Source of the DNA: an uncultured cyanobacterium
GTDB taxonomy: Bacteria > Cyanobacteriota > Cyanobacteriia > Leptolyngbyales > Leptolyngbyaceae
Reading direction: 5' to 3'
NCBI GenBank assembly: GCA_963766075.1
Contig: CAVYAN010000053.1
Coordinates: forward strand, 1 to 64,000
DNA length: 64,000 bases
The notes under the pieces are model-generated. The model saw only the letters and a list, made by a program, of their open reading frames with translations. It did not search any database and was not told the DNA's origin. Positions 25,000-34,606 of this stretch are shown here, one piece after another. Within the stretch, counting starts at the first letter, position 1. Each line of letters opens with the position of its first letter. Made by a program: the position numbers and the translations under genes.

Positions 25000-27900
25000 C
25001 TAGAGTGCGTCGATCAAATTTTGTGCGGCAGTTTGCAGCGCCGCAATTTCGCTAGGGGTTTTACCGCTCCCAGCCAGGACAAGAGTATGCCGCCGTGATG
25101 AATTCAGGGAACTAGGGCCGCTCAATCCACCCTGGAAGCTAACTAGGGATCCCAGACCTGCTGAATCAAATGAATTTGTATCGGTAGTCGCATCGATCTG
25201 GGTTGCTCCAACGAAGAATCTAAAATCATTGTTGGCAGTTCGCGAACCGCTGATCAGAGCGCTTGTAGAACTGCTGGTGTAGGCAATGATCCGCTCTGCC
25301 CCGGTAACTCCCGGCCCCACATCTCTGAATGAGGTGACATAACAACTATTGTCCGGGAATCTGTAGTACAAATGGAGTTGCCGCAAGGCAGTTCCCGAGG
25401 CACCCAAAACCGCCGCAGTATTAACCCCAGAAGCCCCGATACCCTTCAGCCATGCCCCCGCGAAAAAGCTGTAGCCAGGGTGCAAGGTGCCCACATCGTA
25501 GTTATGGTTTACAAACGAGCCACCGTCCCCAAGCAGCCCAGCAGTGCCCCCTGCTTGCACATATTGCCCAGTGGTAAACCCTGAATTGGTAGCGATCGCG
25601 TTTGACGGATGCCGAACCGGAACCATCAGCCCCGCCATGATCTCTGTAGAGCCTGGGCCTGTAACTCCGGCGTACAGATGAATCAGATCAAGATCAATCC
25701 CAGCGATTTCGATCAAGAATGCGTCTATTGCTGCGAGTGCAGTAGCGCTAACATCAGCCCCCTGCCCCTGCACTCTGGATTGCCAATCTAGGGTTTCTGC
25801 TCCATACCCAGAGCCAAGTGCTGTTTCGGTTAGCAGTCCACGCCAACCAATCCGCCCGCGCAGGGTATGCACAGGAATAGCATCCGGAACGTTAATCGCC
25901 CCACGCCAGCCAATCCGCCCGCGCAGTCGGGGAATCCCAGGGCGATCGCTCAAGCTAAAACTTGTTCCGATTTGCAGTTTAACCAGGTTGATCACGCGGA
26001 TCGGCCCAACCTCAACCCAGGATGATTCGGTTTGAGTGTAGTCGATCGACGCCACGCGCACAAAATACCCGCGATCGTTGAAAGGTACGTCCCATGAAGC
26101 TGACCTGAAGCTGACCTGCTGAGTCCCCTGCCACTCCCCGCCAAATGGTCTGTATTCAGCGATATAGCCAGTCGTGAAACTTGAGTTTGCTGGCGGCTGC
26201 CAGATGGCGGCCAAGATCAGATTTGTTGCCGAAAAGTTGTCTTCTAGCGTGCCCTTCAGATCTTGCACGGGAGGGGGAATAGCAGGAGCACTAGGCAACG
26301 GCGGCAACGGCGGAACGTAGTAATCGGTATCAATTACTCCGTATTTGTCATCTCGGTATTCTAGTGCCGAAACCTCATACAGCAAGCCGTGCTCCCCCTG
26401 TACCCGCACAATGCTGATGATTTGGTAATATCCCGGCTTAATTGTCGTGCTGGCCAGAATCCAGGGTGTTTCTGGTAGGGGTATTTCACCTTCTAATGGC
26501 TGGATGGCAAGGCGATCTGTGATTGTGCCCTCTGGGGTGTAAACCACCCGTTCCACGGGTTCTCCATTGGGCAAGGTTAGGGTTAGGGTTAGGGGTGCAT
26601 TTTGCAGTGTTACAGGGCGATCTAAAACGATTTCATTCGCAGATGCAGCAACAACCAAGCCGCTATAGTTCAGGATAGAGCGCTTGATGTCCATCGTTTT
26701 GATCACTTGCCCTGGTACAGCGATCGCACCATATGGGCGTAACCGAAACTGAACCATTTCCAGTTCAAGCCGCTCTGAAATAATGGTGGCCCATCCAGCT
26801 CTATGGGCCTGGGTTCTGGAGGTGCAACCAAATGCCGATAGCTCATTGATCCGGCGTCCATAGAGTTCAATCCCGATGGGATCTTCAACCACTTCAATGG
26901 TTCTACGGTAAAAATTCTCAGGGTCTAACCAAGTAACATGGGCGATCGTCCGGCGCTCCCGAATTGGCGTCCGGCTCCAATTAAACATGCCATCAACGAT
27001 GTCCGATTGAGTGACCACCATCGTCGGCAATCGCTGTCTGTCTGGGGCAATGCGAATCACACCAGAAATCCAATAGGAGAACCCTCGGAAAATCGACCGC
27101 AGGGCATCAATTACCCGTGTCGCATCCTCCTTATCCTCCAGAAACACATTGCACTGATACCGCCGCTCATAGGTTGGCCCTTCGTACCCACCTCCGGTGC
27201 CAGGGATGGCAATTAGCTCATTGCAGTATTTTGACAATTCATAAATTGACCATTTATCAACGTCTTGAGCCTTGATGTACTCACCCAGCCCATAGCGATC
27301 ATTGATGATCAGATCGTAAAAAATCCATGCAGGGCAGGAACAGGCGATCGCCGCCTCGTAAAAAGTGCCGTCCCATGTACCCGTGTAATGCAGACCGCGA
27401 TCGACAGCAACCGCTGCATTTGAGGGGATTTGCAGCAGTCGCCCGCCAACCTCGAAAGCCGCCTGCGGCATGGAATCGAATTGGGATGAATCAAACTGCA
27501 ACCCCGCCAGGGCGCTGTAAGGATAGCTCAAACGAGCCGCGACCACCTCAGCATAGGCTCTAAAAGATAGAATTCTCTGATAGCGCGTTGTGTCGCTGTC
27601 CTGGGGCGTTACCCGCTCTACTCTCACCGCAAAGGTAGAGACGGTTCCCCCTAGGTTATTAACCGGGAAATCATACTCAAACTCAGTTAAGCTTGAAAAC
27701 CGGGCTTCAATCTCTTGATCATGGCGCACGACAAACGCGCCTAAACCTTCTTTGATCAAGATGCGAAAATGCATTGTTACCCGCCGATAACCACCGTCAG
27801 GGGGAAACTCCTGCATCTGGAAACCCAATCGCACCCGAATCAGATCGCACGATGCATTCGTGAATTGCCGGGTAACGGGTAAGTTGAACTTGACCTCCTG

Positions 27901-28200
27901 ACCTACACCTGTCTCACTGGTTACATCTGTTCCATATCCAGGGATCGGCTCCTGGTTCCCGGTTCCCGGCCTAAAGTCATAACTAACACCGCTGAAATTG
28001 AAACTATTGTCCGCATTTTGGAGCGGCGTTTCATTTAGGTAAATGCCCTTTGTCCCGCCTAACGGCCCCTCGATTGGCCCCTCAGATAGCACCCCTAAAA
28101 GTCGAGCATAGGCTGTACTAAACCCAGTTTCGCCGTCCTCCCTGGGCTTCTTCTTCTTCTTTTTGCCGCCCGATCCTTTAGGGGTGAAACCTTTTACCAT
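25000..28200 (-). CDS. tail tip/host specificity protein J-like with C-terminal extension
   Basis: LSEGPIEG, IYLNETPL, YPYSAL, PAWIFYDL..NDRYGLG, GCTSRTQAHR, FN3-like region. Confidence 0.95.
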   Translation of the reverse strand: MVKGFTPKGSGGKKKKKKPREDGETGFSTAYARLLGVLSEGPIEGPLGGTKGIYLNETPLQNADNSFNFSGVSYDFRPGTGNQEPIPGYGTDVTSETGVGQEVKFNLPVTRQFTNASCDLIRVRLGFQMQEFPPDGGYRRVTMHFRILIKEGLGAFVVRHDQEIEARFSSLTEFEYDFPVNNLGGTVSTFAVRVERVTPQDSDTTRYQRILSFRAYAEVVAARLSYPYSALAGLQFDSSQFDSMPQAAFEVGGRLLQIPSNAAVAVDRGLHYTGTWDGTFYEAAIACSCPAWIFYDLIINDRYGLGEYIKAQDVDKWSIYELSKYCNELIAIPGTGGGYEGPTYERRYQCNVFLEDKEDATRVIDALRSIFRGFSYWISGVIRIAPDRQRLPTMVVTQSDIVDGMFNWSRTPIRERRTIAHVTWLDPENFYRRTIEVVEDPIGIELYGRRINELSAFGCTSRTQAHRAGWATIISERLELEMVQFRLRPYGAIAVPGQVIKTMDIKRSILNYSGLVVAASANEIVLDRPVTLQNAPLTLTLTLPNGEPVERVVYTPEGTITDRLAIQPLEGEIPLPETPWILASTTIKPGYYQIISIVRVQGEHGLLYEVSALEYRDDKYGVIDTDYYVPPLPPLPSAPAIPPPVQDLKGTLEDNFSATNLILAAIWQPPANSSFTTGYIAEYRPFGGEWQGTQQVSFRSASWDVPFNDRGYFVRVASIDYTQTESSWVEVGPIRVINLVKLQIGTSFSLSDRPGIPRLRGRIGWRGAINVPDAIPVHTLRGRIGWRGLLTETALGSGYGAETLDWQSRVQGQGADVSATALAAIDAFLIEIAGIDLDLIHLYAGVTGPGSTEIMAGLMVPVRHPSNAIATNSGFTTGQYVQAGGTAGLLGDGGSFVNHNYDVGTLHPGYSFFAGAWLKGIGASGVNTAAVLGASGTALRQLHLYYRFPDNSCYVTSFRDVGPGVTGAERIIAYTSSSTSALISGSRTANNDFRFFVGATQIDATTDTNSFDSAGLGSLVSFQGGLSGPSSLNSSRRHTLVLAGSGKTPSEIAALQTAAQNLIDAL

Positions 28201-28514
28201 TAGTCAAACACCGAGGATGGAACTACATCAAACCCTATTAGATTTTTATTATCATCCCAAACTGAAACTATGCGGCTTGAACCTTTAAGCTGCCGTGATA
28301 TGGAGCAGATCAGCCCACCGACTGTCAGGTATTCCCCTCCATCGCGCCCTTCCCGCGTTATCGCCAGAGAGCCTGTTCGCTCATTGATTCGGGTTCCTGC
28401 CGAGATGAACGATCGCACAGCCGGATCACCCTCAATCAACTCATTCAGGTAATGGGCGATCGCCTGCTGTACAGCGTCCAGAACTTGATGGTTTGCACTT
28501 TCTTCCGTGGTCAT
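28200..28514 (-). CDS. hypothetical protein
   Basis: Stop overlaps J start. Confidence 0.6.
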   Translation of the reverse strand: MTTEESANHQVLDAVQQAIAHYLNELIEGDPAVRSFISAGTRINERTGSLAITREGRDGGEYLTVGGLICSISRQLKGSSRIVSVWDDNKNLIGFDVVPSSVFD

Positions 28515-28538
28515 GATTACTTGCCTATTTTTTTGTGA

Positions 28539-28769
28539 TTATAAGTCTAGAACCCGCCCCCCAACGATTTCAACGACTCTTATATACTCCCGACTAACCC
28601 CTTCAGTTGAAGCCCTAACCGACTCCAAACTATCGGCAAACCCTAGCTGAAACCATCCGCTCAAGTTATGAAACCCTTCAACCCTGTACCGTGGCTCGGG
28701 TACGGGTTCAGCCAAAGCAGCCGCGATCGCGGTTTGGAGTTCAGGTGAAAATCTTTTGAGGTTTAGCAT
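28539..28769 (-). CDS. hypothetical protein
   Basis: 76-aa ORF divergent from 28824. Confidence 0.55.
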   Translation of the reverse strand: MLNLKRFSPELQTAIAAALAEPVPEPRYRVEGFHNLSGWFQLGFADSLESVRASTEGVSREYIRVVEIVGGRVLDL

Positions 28770-28823
28770 GTTTTTGCGTGGTTTAGCGAGTACACTACAC
28801 TACAGAACTAACGGAGCAAATCA

Positions 28824-29576
28824 ATGACCGAATCAAGCCCTCAATATACCGCAGTAATCCCCGCCGAGGGGCTTCCCGTTGCAGAACTTCTGCAACGGTA
28901 CACTGTCCAGAAGCCTGCATTTTATGGGCGCGTCAAAGCGCTTGGCATCAGGTTTCGAGCACAGGGTAACCGCTCTTATGCATCCGCCGAGCAGGTTGAG
29001 CAACTTGATAAGCTGCATGATCACTTACAGCAAGGTGGCACATTTGCCACATTCGATCAGGGCAAGAAGTCCGCAGAGATCGAATTGAGCGGCGATCTGG
29101 GTTACCCGGTCCCCGCTCAAATGATGGCAGAGCTGCTATCGCGATCGCTCTCCCCAGCCGCCCCCCTCTCCCCCGCTCAGAGGCTCCAAGAAATCTGTAA
29201 TGGCGGCTGGGAGGTAGATACTAAGGAGCTATGCGAAATACTCGGTTTGGCGCGGTTACGGGGAGATCGGGTGCATCGCCACGGGTTCACCATTCGCAGG
29301 TCGGGCAAGCGATCGCCATGGTGGCGAGTATGCCAACCCGATAGATTAACAATGGAGCAGTTGAGTCAGGCGATCGAGCGGTGGCCGTTCGCTGTTCAGG
29401 TGGCCTGCTCTGCTTGGTCAATGTCGGTAGAAACGTTCTATCAGCAAATTTTGGAAAGAGAGATACCACTTTCAGCCTTCATGGCAGTGGTGATCAACTC
29501 AATTAAAGACATGCCTATCCACCCTGGAATGATGTCTGGGTTTTCTGGGAAATCAACACCCAGCCAACCAAAATAA
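28824..29576 (+). CDS. HTH DNA-binding protein, counter-oriented in tail module
   Basis: ELLQRYTVQKPAFYGRVKALGI...QVEQLDKLHDHLQQGG (MerR-like HTH). Confidence 0.7.
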   Translation: MTESSPQYTAVIPAEGLPVAELLQRYTVQKPAFYGRVKALGIRFRAQGNRSYASAEQVEQLDKLHDHLQQGGTFATFDQGKKSAEIELSGDLGYPVPAQMMAELLSRSLSPAAPLSPAQRLQEICNGGWEVDTKELCEILGLARLRGDRVHRHGFTIRRSGKRSPWWRVCQPDRLTMEQLSQAIERWPFAVQVACSAWSMSVETFYQQILEREIPLSAFMAVVINSIKDMPIHPGMMSGFSGKSTPSQPK

Positions 29577-30069
29577 TCCCGTAGGCGATCGGCACTCGCC
29601 CACCCTCCGAAACCGTTGTACTTGGTCCCCCAAAGATTAGCGATCGCCGCCCGTCGCGCTCTGAATCTTTGGGGGATTTTACTTTGCCCCGCAGAGCGCC
29701 CAGCAATAGCGCCGCCCCTGTAATGGCTAGGGTTGTGCTGGTCATTCCCAGAAATCCCACACCTGCAATACCAAGCCCCAGCAGGGCAACGCCTGCGATA
29801 ATTCTGAATGTGTTACCCGCGCCCTTTGGAATTGGGGCGATCGTGATCTCGCAATTCTCAGGGATTGGAGCGGTGATCATCCGCTCTGATACTTCCCACC
29901 CATTTACACAAACCCTATAATGCAAACCGCTTCGAGCGGCTTCAACTAAATACCGCTCGAAGTCTTTGAAATTGGCCCTTAAAGCCGCGATCGCCTCTCC
30001 GATGGAATGCACCTTGCAATCTATCTCTGGAGCGAACAACTCAGCCAAAGAGCCAAATAACTTGATCAT
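29515..30069 (-). CDS. tail assembly protein I-like
   Basis: IKLFGSLAELF...EAIAAL...IAPIPKGAG...IIAGVAL...VPIAYG. Confidence 0.9.
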   Translation of the reverse strand: MIKLFGSLAELFAPEIDCKVHSIGEAIAALRANFKDFERYLVEAARSGLHYRVCVNGWEVSERMITAPIPENCEITIAPIPKGAGNTFRIIAGVALLGLGIAGVGFLGMTSTTLAITGAALLLGALRGKVKSPKDSERDGRRSLIFGGPSTTVSEGGRVPIAYGIILVGWVLISQKTQTSFQGG

Positions 30070-30191
30070 GCAGCTTTAACAGGTTTTTGGGATTGACCGG
30101 GAACGGGAAAACGGATCAGCTTACCTTTACCTTCGACAATGCCGCTAGAACCATTCATCCCGGCCTGGGTAACAGAAGATTGTGGACTCAT
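30066..30191 (-). CDS. 41-aa small protein (not in ORF track)
   Basis: MSPQSSVTQAGMNGSSGIVEGKGKLIRFPVPGQSQKPVKAA; TGA overlaps the ATG of tail I. Confidence 0.45.
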   Translation of the reverse strand: MSPQSSVTQAGMNGSSGIVEGKGKLIRFPVPGQSQKPVKAA

Positions 30192-30391
30192 GTTTTTACC
30201 TAATTGTAGATTTGACTTTGCACTCTACTAGATCTGAGGAATTTCCCCACATCCAACAAAGTTGACAAAATAGTAACACACCTAAACCGGAGAAGCGTTA
30301 TTACACAAACGAAATCGCCCGTCTGAGAAGTCGGGCGATGGGGCCTAATTGCAGTTAATTCAAAGCTTACGCTATCAAGATAATAGCAGAG

Positions 30392-31183
30392 TTAGCAAAA
30401 AGAAGCATGTCTAAAAATACATGCGACTGCATTCCTTAATGATGTATCCAATGACTCGATCATTGAATACCGCCCTTCACCTAAGTTGTGTAGAATCTGA
30501 TTCTCTTCAGCGTTGCTAACGATCGCCAGATGCCCCGGTTCTGGTGTTCCCAGATTAATCAGCAGCACATCGTGATCCTGAATTGGCGTATCTTTTGGTA
30601 ATTGCCGGAACCCTTGTTCGCGAATCCTACCGGGAGTGAATTGGTTTAGCCCCAGCTCGTTGCACGTATCGAGATCAATTCGAGAGTAATCCCTTAGGGG
30701 GATTTGGAGCATCCCGGCGTAGTAGGCACGAACCAGGGAGAAGCAATCGCTGCGGCCATAAACGAAGCGCCATAGATTGTAGTACTCAATCCGTCGAGGG
30801 CTTTGCAGCGCCTCAAACTCCAACGGAAACGGATGTAGAGCAAGCGGATCAAAATAGTCCCACTGTCCAAACACTGTGTGATAGCACAGGTATGGAATGC
30901 AAAGCTCCTTCGAGTTTACTATGTCTGCTGAACTTAGTTCGGCAGAGATCTCTGCATCGATATGGCTATGGTAAATGGCGATCGCCTTTGAGCGATACTG
31001 CTCAAATTCAAGCCCCATTTCAAACTCTTTCGAGGGATCTGCTGACTTGTTTTCTAGTGCCACAACATCCCCATCCAGGAGGATCACACCACAGGCTTCA
31101 GCATTGTGAACGCTCCTGCACTGGCGAATTACGGCGTTAGCGATGTCGTTGCTAAGCTGGAACGGACGATGAGTTAGCAGCAT
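30392..31183 (-). CDS. tail tip protein K-like (JAB/MPN + NlpC/P60)
   Basis: EACG, YHSH...LSSAD; DCFSLVRAYY, HLAI...ILH. Confidence 0.92.
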   Translation of the reverse strand: MLLTHRPFQLSNDIANAVIRQCRSVHNAEACGVILLDGDVVALENKSADPSKEFEMGLEFEQYRSKAIAIYHSHIDAEISAELSSADIVNSKELCIPYLCYHTVFGQWDYFDPLALHPFPLEFEALQSPRRIEYYNLWRFVYGRSDCFSLVRAYYAGMLQIPLRDYSRIDLDTCNELGLNQFTPGRIREQGFRQLPKDTPIQDHDVLLINLGTPEPGHLAIVSNAEENQILHNLGEGRYSMIESLDTSLRNAVACIFRHASFC

Positions 31184-31188
31184 CGTGA

Positions 31189-31902
31189 TTATCTCCCGTA
31201 ATTGAACCGGGCAACGTAACCGCGATCGTCTACATGAGTAAATGTGCGCCCAAACCCTAACCCACCTTCCCAGATCGGATCTAGAAGTCGTTGGACTTCA
31301 TCATCCGGCATCATATCAATGTAAAAATCAACCGCCAACCCGGTTAAGTGCTGGCTATTTTCCACCCCGTCTACCGCCCTATTTGACTCTGGATCGCGGT
31401 ACCAACTTGTGATCCGGATCGGCTGATCACCCAGCTCACGGCGTATGTCTTCCATCCTGTACGCCATGTGCTCTATGTTTTGGGTATGCTTGGCTGTTAC
31501 CGGGATCCGCCGCCCGTTCTTGGTAGCCTCTCCCCAGGAAAAGTGCCCGTCTGGGATGATTGGAGAATCAAGATCGACCGGGCTGGACTTGCCCGGTAGG
31601 ACAATTTGGCCCTCTTTGGGTGGCCCTATTGGCGGCTCCTGTGCATCTTGGTGAACTGGGTGATCATCCTCCGATAACAGTTCAACGTGTTCGGTGAACA
31701 CGAACCAGCTAGATCGCCCGCTGAACGGTTGAGTTAGGGTGATCAGAATGTGTTTGTCGGAAGCCGCTTGAAAGTTTTCAAGATCAAACTCTTTGGGGCC
31801 GTTGCCCAACGGATTAACTGAAACTTTTTGACTGGCATCCAGGCGAGAACTTGGGATTGCCGCCTTCTTAAAGATAGTACTTTCCCGGACTAGCAGCTTC
31901 AT
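31189..31902 (-). CDS. endolysin, peptidase M15 family with N-terminal cell-wall-binding-like domain
   Basis: ITSWYR...N..V.G..NSQHLTGLAVD...FTHVD. Confidence 0.9.
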   Translation of the reverse strand: MKLLVRESTIFKKAAIPSSRLDASQKVSVNPLGNGPKEFDLENFQAASDKHILITLTQPFSGRSSWFVFTEHVELLSEDDHPVHQDAQEPPIGPPKEGQIVLPGKSSPVDLDSPIIPDGHFSWGEATKNGRRIPVTAKHTQNIEHMAYRMEDIRRELGDQPIRITSWYRDPESNRAVDGVENSQHLTGLAVDFYIDMMPDDEVQRLLDPIWEGGLGFGRTFTHVDDRGYVARFNYGR

Positions 31903-32182
31903 GTGGCCTCTGGATTGATAGGGTACAACCGATCGCGCAAACTTCACGAACATCATAGAGTGGACTGGACTTCTTGAACGCGATCGCCGCTGCTTCAGTT
32001 TCAAAAAATGTTGCCGCCGATAGGTTGTCATACGGCTCTTTGCGATCATGCCGAAACCGCCCCTTTCCCGTGGCGTTCCAGTATCGGAAACAATGCTTCA
32101 GCATTGGTTTTTTGTCGTCAGGTATCGCGCCTTTACGATACAGAAAGTAAAGCTCTTTTGATTGCTCGGTCATAGACTCCAA
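31868..32182 (-). CDS. hypothetical protein
   Basis: Co-directional 104-aa ORF. Confidence 0.55.
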   Translation of the reverse strand: MESMTEQSKELYFLYRKGAIPDDKKPMLKHCFRYWNATGKGRFRHDRKEPYDNLSAATFFETEAAAIAFKKSSPLYDVREVCAIGCTLSIQRPHEAASPGKYYL

Positions 32183-32613
32183 ACACTGTCATCACCGCCC
32201 AAGCTTGCCCAGCTCTGCGGATATAGCGATCCAAGGCTAACAGAGTTGGCTTCTGGGGAGATGTCATTACTGAGCATATTTAGGCGGCGCATGTCCCCCG
32301 AGCATACCCACAGCCCTGGACCAAGCTGCTCCCACGCCCATTTTTTCATGTTGTAAAGCGTGTCCGGCGTGTCCAGCATCCGATTGTAATCGCGTAGCCG
32401 AAACGGTTTCCCCCGGCGCTCCCTCAGGAATGCATCGACAACGCTATAAAACCGGGTCGTAAAGCGCACCGAAATTGTTTCTGATACTGGGAACAGGTTT
32501 AGATTTTCGCGATCGTCTACCCCTAGCTCAAATCGGCTAATCGTGGGATCTACTGTAAATTTATGCTCGGTATCCCAAACAAAAACAGGTTCAATTAGGA
32601 TCGGGTATCGCAT
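32170..32613 (-). CDS. minor tail protein, gpM-like
   Basis: VDAFLRERRGKPF...KW.W...GPG; resembles upstream gene. Confidence 0.6.
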   Translation of the reverse strand: MRYPILIEPVFVWDTEHKFTVDPTISRFELGVDDRENLNLFPVSETISVRFTTRFYSVVDAFLRERRGKPFRLRDYNRMLDTPDTLYNMKKWAWEQLGPGLWVCSGDMRRLNMLSNDISPEANSVSLGSLYPQSWASLGGDDSVWSL

Positions 32614-32615
32614 GG

Positions 32616-32957
32616 CTAACCTTGGGGATTCTCAAACGCGGCCCTCAACCTGTACCAACCGGGTCCAATTTTTGAAATACTCCACTCTACACAATAATAC
32701 GTTCGGCGCGGTAACTCTCCCGTGGGACTCCACTCAAACCGCCCTGCCCCGGCAAGCTGCTGAAAAACATCCTTAAGCTGCTGTGCCTCCAACGGATTGA
32801 GCGCCGAAGATTCAATATTCCAGCGCTCGGTTAGGGACTGCAACCCGATCGGCATGATCAGATCGTAATTATCGCCTAGCGTTACTTCAGCGATCGCGAC
32901 CTCAACTTCTTCTGGCACCGCCCACCGTGGCGGCAGGGTAAGGATAGGAGTCGTCAT
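32616..32957 (-). CDS. minor tail protein M-like
   Basis: LGDNY...GLQ...W...GAGRFEWSP...YYCVEW...LRAAFE. Confidence 0.8.
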   Translation of the reverse strand: MTTPILTLPPRWAVPEEVEVAIAEVTLGDNYDLIMPIGLQSLTERWNIESSALNPLEAQQLKDVFQQLAGAGRFEWSPTGELPRRTYYCVEWSISKIGPGWYRLRAAFENPQG

Positions 32958-32980
32958 CTGGGGATTTCCTTGGATCTATT

Positions 32981-33013
32981 GTTCTCACCCGTCCTTTGAT
33001 AAACGGGTGAGAA
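32981..33013. repeat. GTTCTCACCCGT-family hairpin, copy 2
   Basis: TTCTCACCCGT-N10-ACGGGTGAGAA just after stop of 33017..33724. Confidence 0.8.
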
Positions 33014-33016
33014 GCG

Positions 33017-33724
33017 CTATCGAACCGTGTAGACGGTAAACTTACCCGATTCTAGGGTATGCACCCGCCCTAGGCCGTCTGAGGCTGTGAGGGTATACAC
33101 GAAGACGGTTTCTCCCAATGGCAGGGTGCTGGTATCGCTGGGGTTGATTGAAAAATCAGCCGTAAACGTTTCCACCAGCGATCGCGTATCCGTTGATGTT
33201 TCAGTTTGGTTGATTGCCCCTCCCGTCTTTTCAACATCCGGTTCATCGGACGTAGAACCAACCTTGAACGCCTGAAAAGTTGGGGTAATCCCATCAAGCC
33301 GCTGCCCCCTAACCTTGACCTGAATGGGAACCAGATCCCCCCGAACAAACCGCGCTCCATTCAACCCCGGTGCAACAAAGTTCGGGTTCGTGAGCGAGTT
33401 TAGGGATGTTAGTGATAGCCCGCCCTGTGGCGGTGCCGTTGGGATTGCATTTAGGAAGAACTGGATCGCTGTCTTGGTGTGCGTCCAGCCCTGAGCGGGT
33501 AAGAGCTTCGATCTCCGTTTTAGATCGACTATCGCTCCCGCCGCCGCCGTGGCCGCGATCTCTGTAGAGCGAACCAATCCAATTAACGAGATGTTGAGTT
33601 TTGCCTGCACTAACGATTGCCCAGGCGATCGCGCATTACCCATCGACCGCGCCAACCCAACAACGTCCAATACCGTCTCCGTGGAACTTGCCCCCGTAGC
33701 CGCACCGAATGCCAGTCTAGCCAT
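33017..33724 (-). CDS. tail/baseplate-associated protein (C-terminal Ig/BppU-like)
   Basis: FVRGD...INPSDTSTLP...YTL...TLESGKFTV. Confidence 0.6.
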   Translation of the reverse strand: MARLAFGAATGASSTETVLDVVGLARSMGNARSPGQSLVQAKLNISLIGLVRSTEIAATAAAGAIVDLKRRSKLLPAQGWTHTKTAIQFFLNAIPTAPPQGGLSLTSLNSLTNPNFVAPGLNGARFVRGDLVPIQVKVRGQRLDGITPTFQAFKVGSTSDEPDVEKTGGAINQTETSTDTRSLVETFTADFSINPSDTSTLPLGETVFVYTLTASDGLGRVHTLESGKFTVYTVR

Positions 33725-33794
33725 TTCTGTTCCTCAATAATGTGTATGGGGTGTGATCACAGTCGAGGGCGATCGTGATCACACGCGATCGCCA

Positions 33795-34595
33795 TTAGTC
33801 CAACAGTAGATCTAAAATCCCGCTCGGGAGGTATGGCGTAATTCCTGCATCAATCACCCGGTTTGGAGTGGAGGCAAAGCCGATATAGGTTCCCCCCGTT
33901 GCCGCCGTCCAGAAGGATAGGCCCACCGCCGTGCCCTGATTACCCGTAGCCTCTGGCCAAGTGAGTTCCAGGGCGTTGGTTTTGTTGCCCGTGGCACCCG
34001 GTGCAAACATGCCCGTATTGTTGCTAACCTGAACCCGCGCATAGCCGTTCCCGGTTGGCTCGGTACCCCCGGCAGTGTTGCTACTGGCAGAGGTTGTGTA
34101 GCCAATATGCATTGTCGGGATCGTATTCATGGCCACCCCGCCAAACAAATTGTTCAGGAGTTGGTTTTTGATCAGGTTACTGAACAGACCCGGCCCAATC
34201 TCAATCGTTAGCGCTCCCGCAGGCACCCGCATGGCATCTCCGGTTTCTACCAGCTTGGGCGCGGGCAAGGGGAAATAGAACCAGGGATTCCCGTTAACGG
34301 GAGAGTCAAACAAGACAACCGACTGCACTAGGCCGTGATTGGCCTCTGCCGTGCGCCAAAGAATATCGTTCTCTGTGGTTTTGATCTGTGTCGTGGTTAC
34401 CGGGAAATTGCCCACCGTGTTGGGAATCGCCTTGCGCTCGTATCCGGCCCCGCCCGGTTCTGCCCCTGGAGCTGCCGCCGTGGAGGTGCCCACGGCGTAG
34501 GCTGCATACCAGGTAGAGGGGACATTCATCGGCACCCCGCCAAACATGAAGTTCATGATTTGGGCTGCGCCATAGTTCGTAATCTTTCCGGTCAT
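33795..34595 (-). CDS. tail fibre-associated structural protein with internal duplication
   Basis: Two copies of (N.LFGGV.MN...EP.G.GY.R..V.N...F...W..A..N.G). Confidence 0.8.
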   Translation of the reverse strand: MTGKITNYGAAQIMNFMFGGVPMNVPSTWYAAYAVGTSTAAAPGAEPGGAGYERKAIPNTVGNFPVTTTQIKTTENDILWRTAEANHGLVQSVVLFDSPVNGNPWFYFPLPAPKLVETGDAMRVPAGALTIEIGPGLFSNLIKNQLLNNLFGGVAMNTIPTMHIGYTTSASSNTAGGTEPTGNGYARVQVSNNTGMFAPGATGNKTNALELTWPEATGNQGTAVGLSFWTAATGGTYIGFASTPNRVIDAGITPYLPSGILDLLLD

Positions 34596-34606
34596 GGGTT
34601 TTACTC

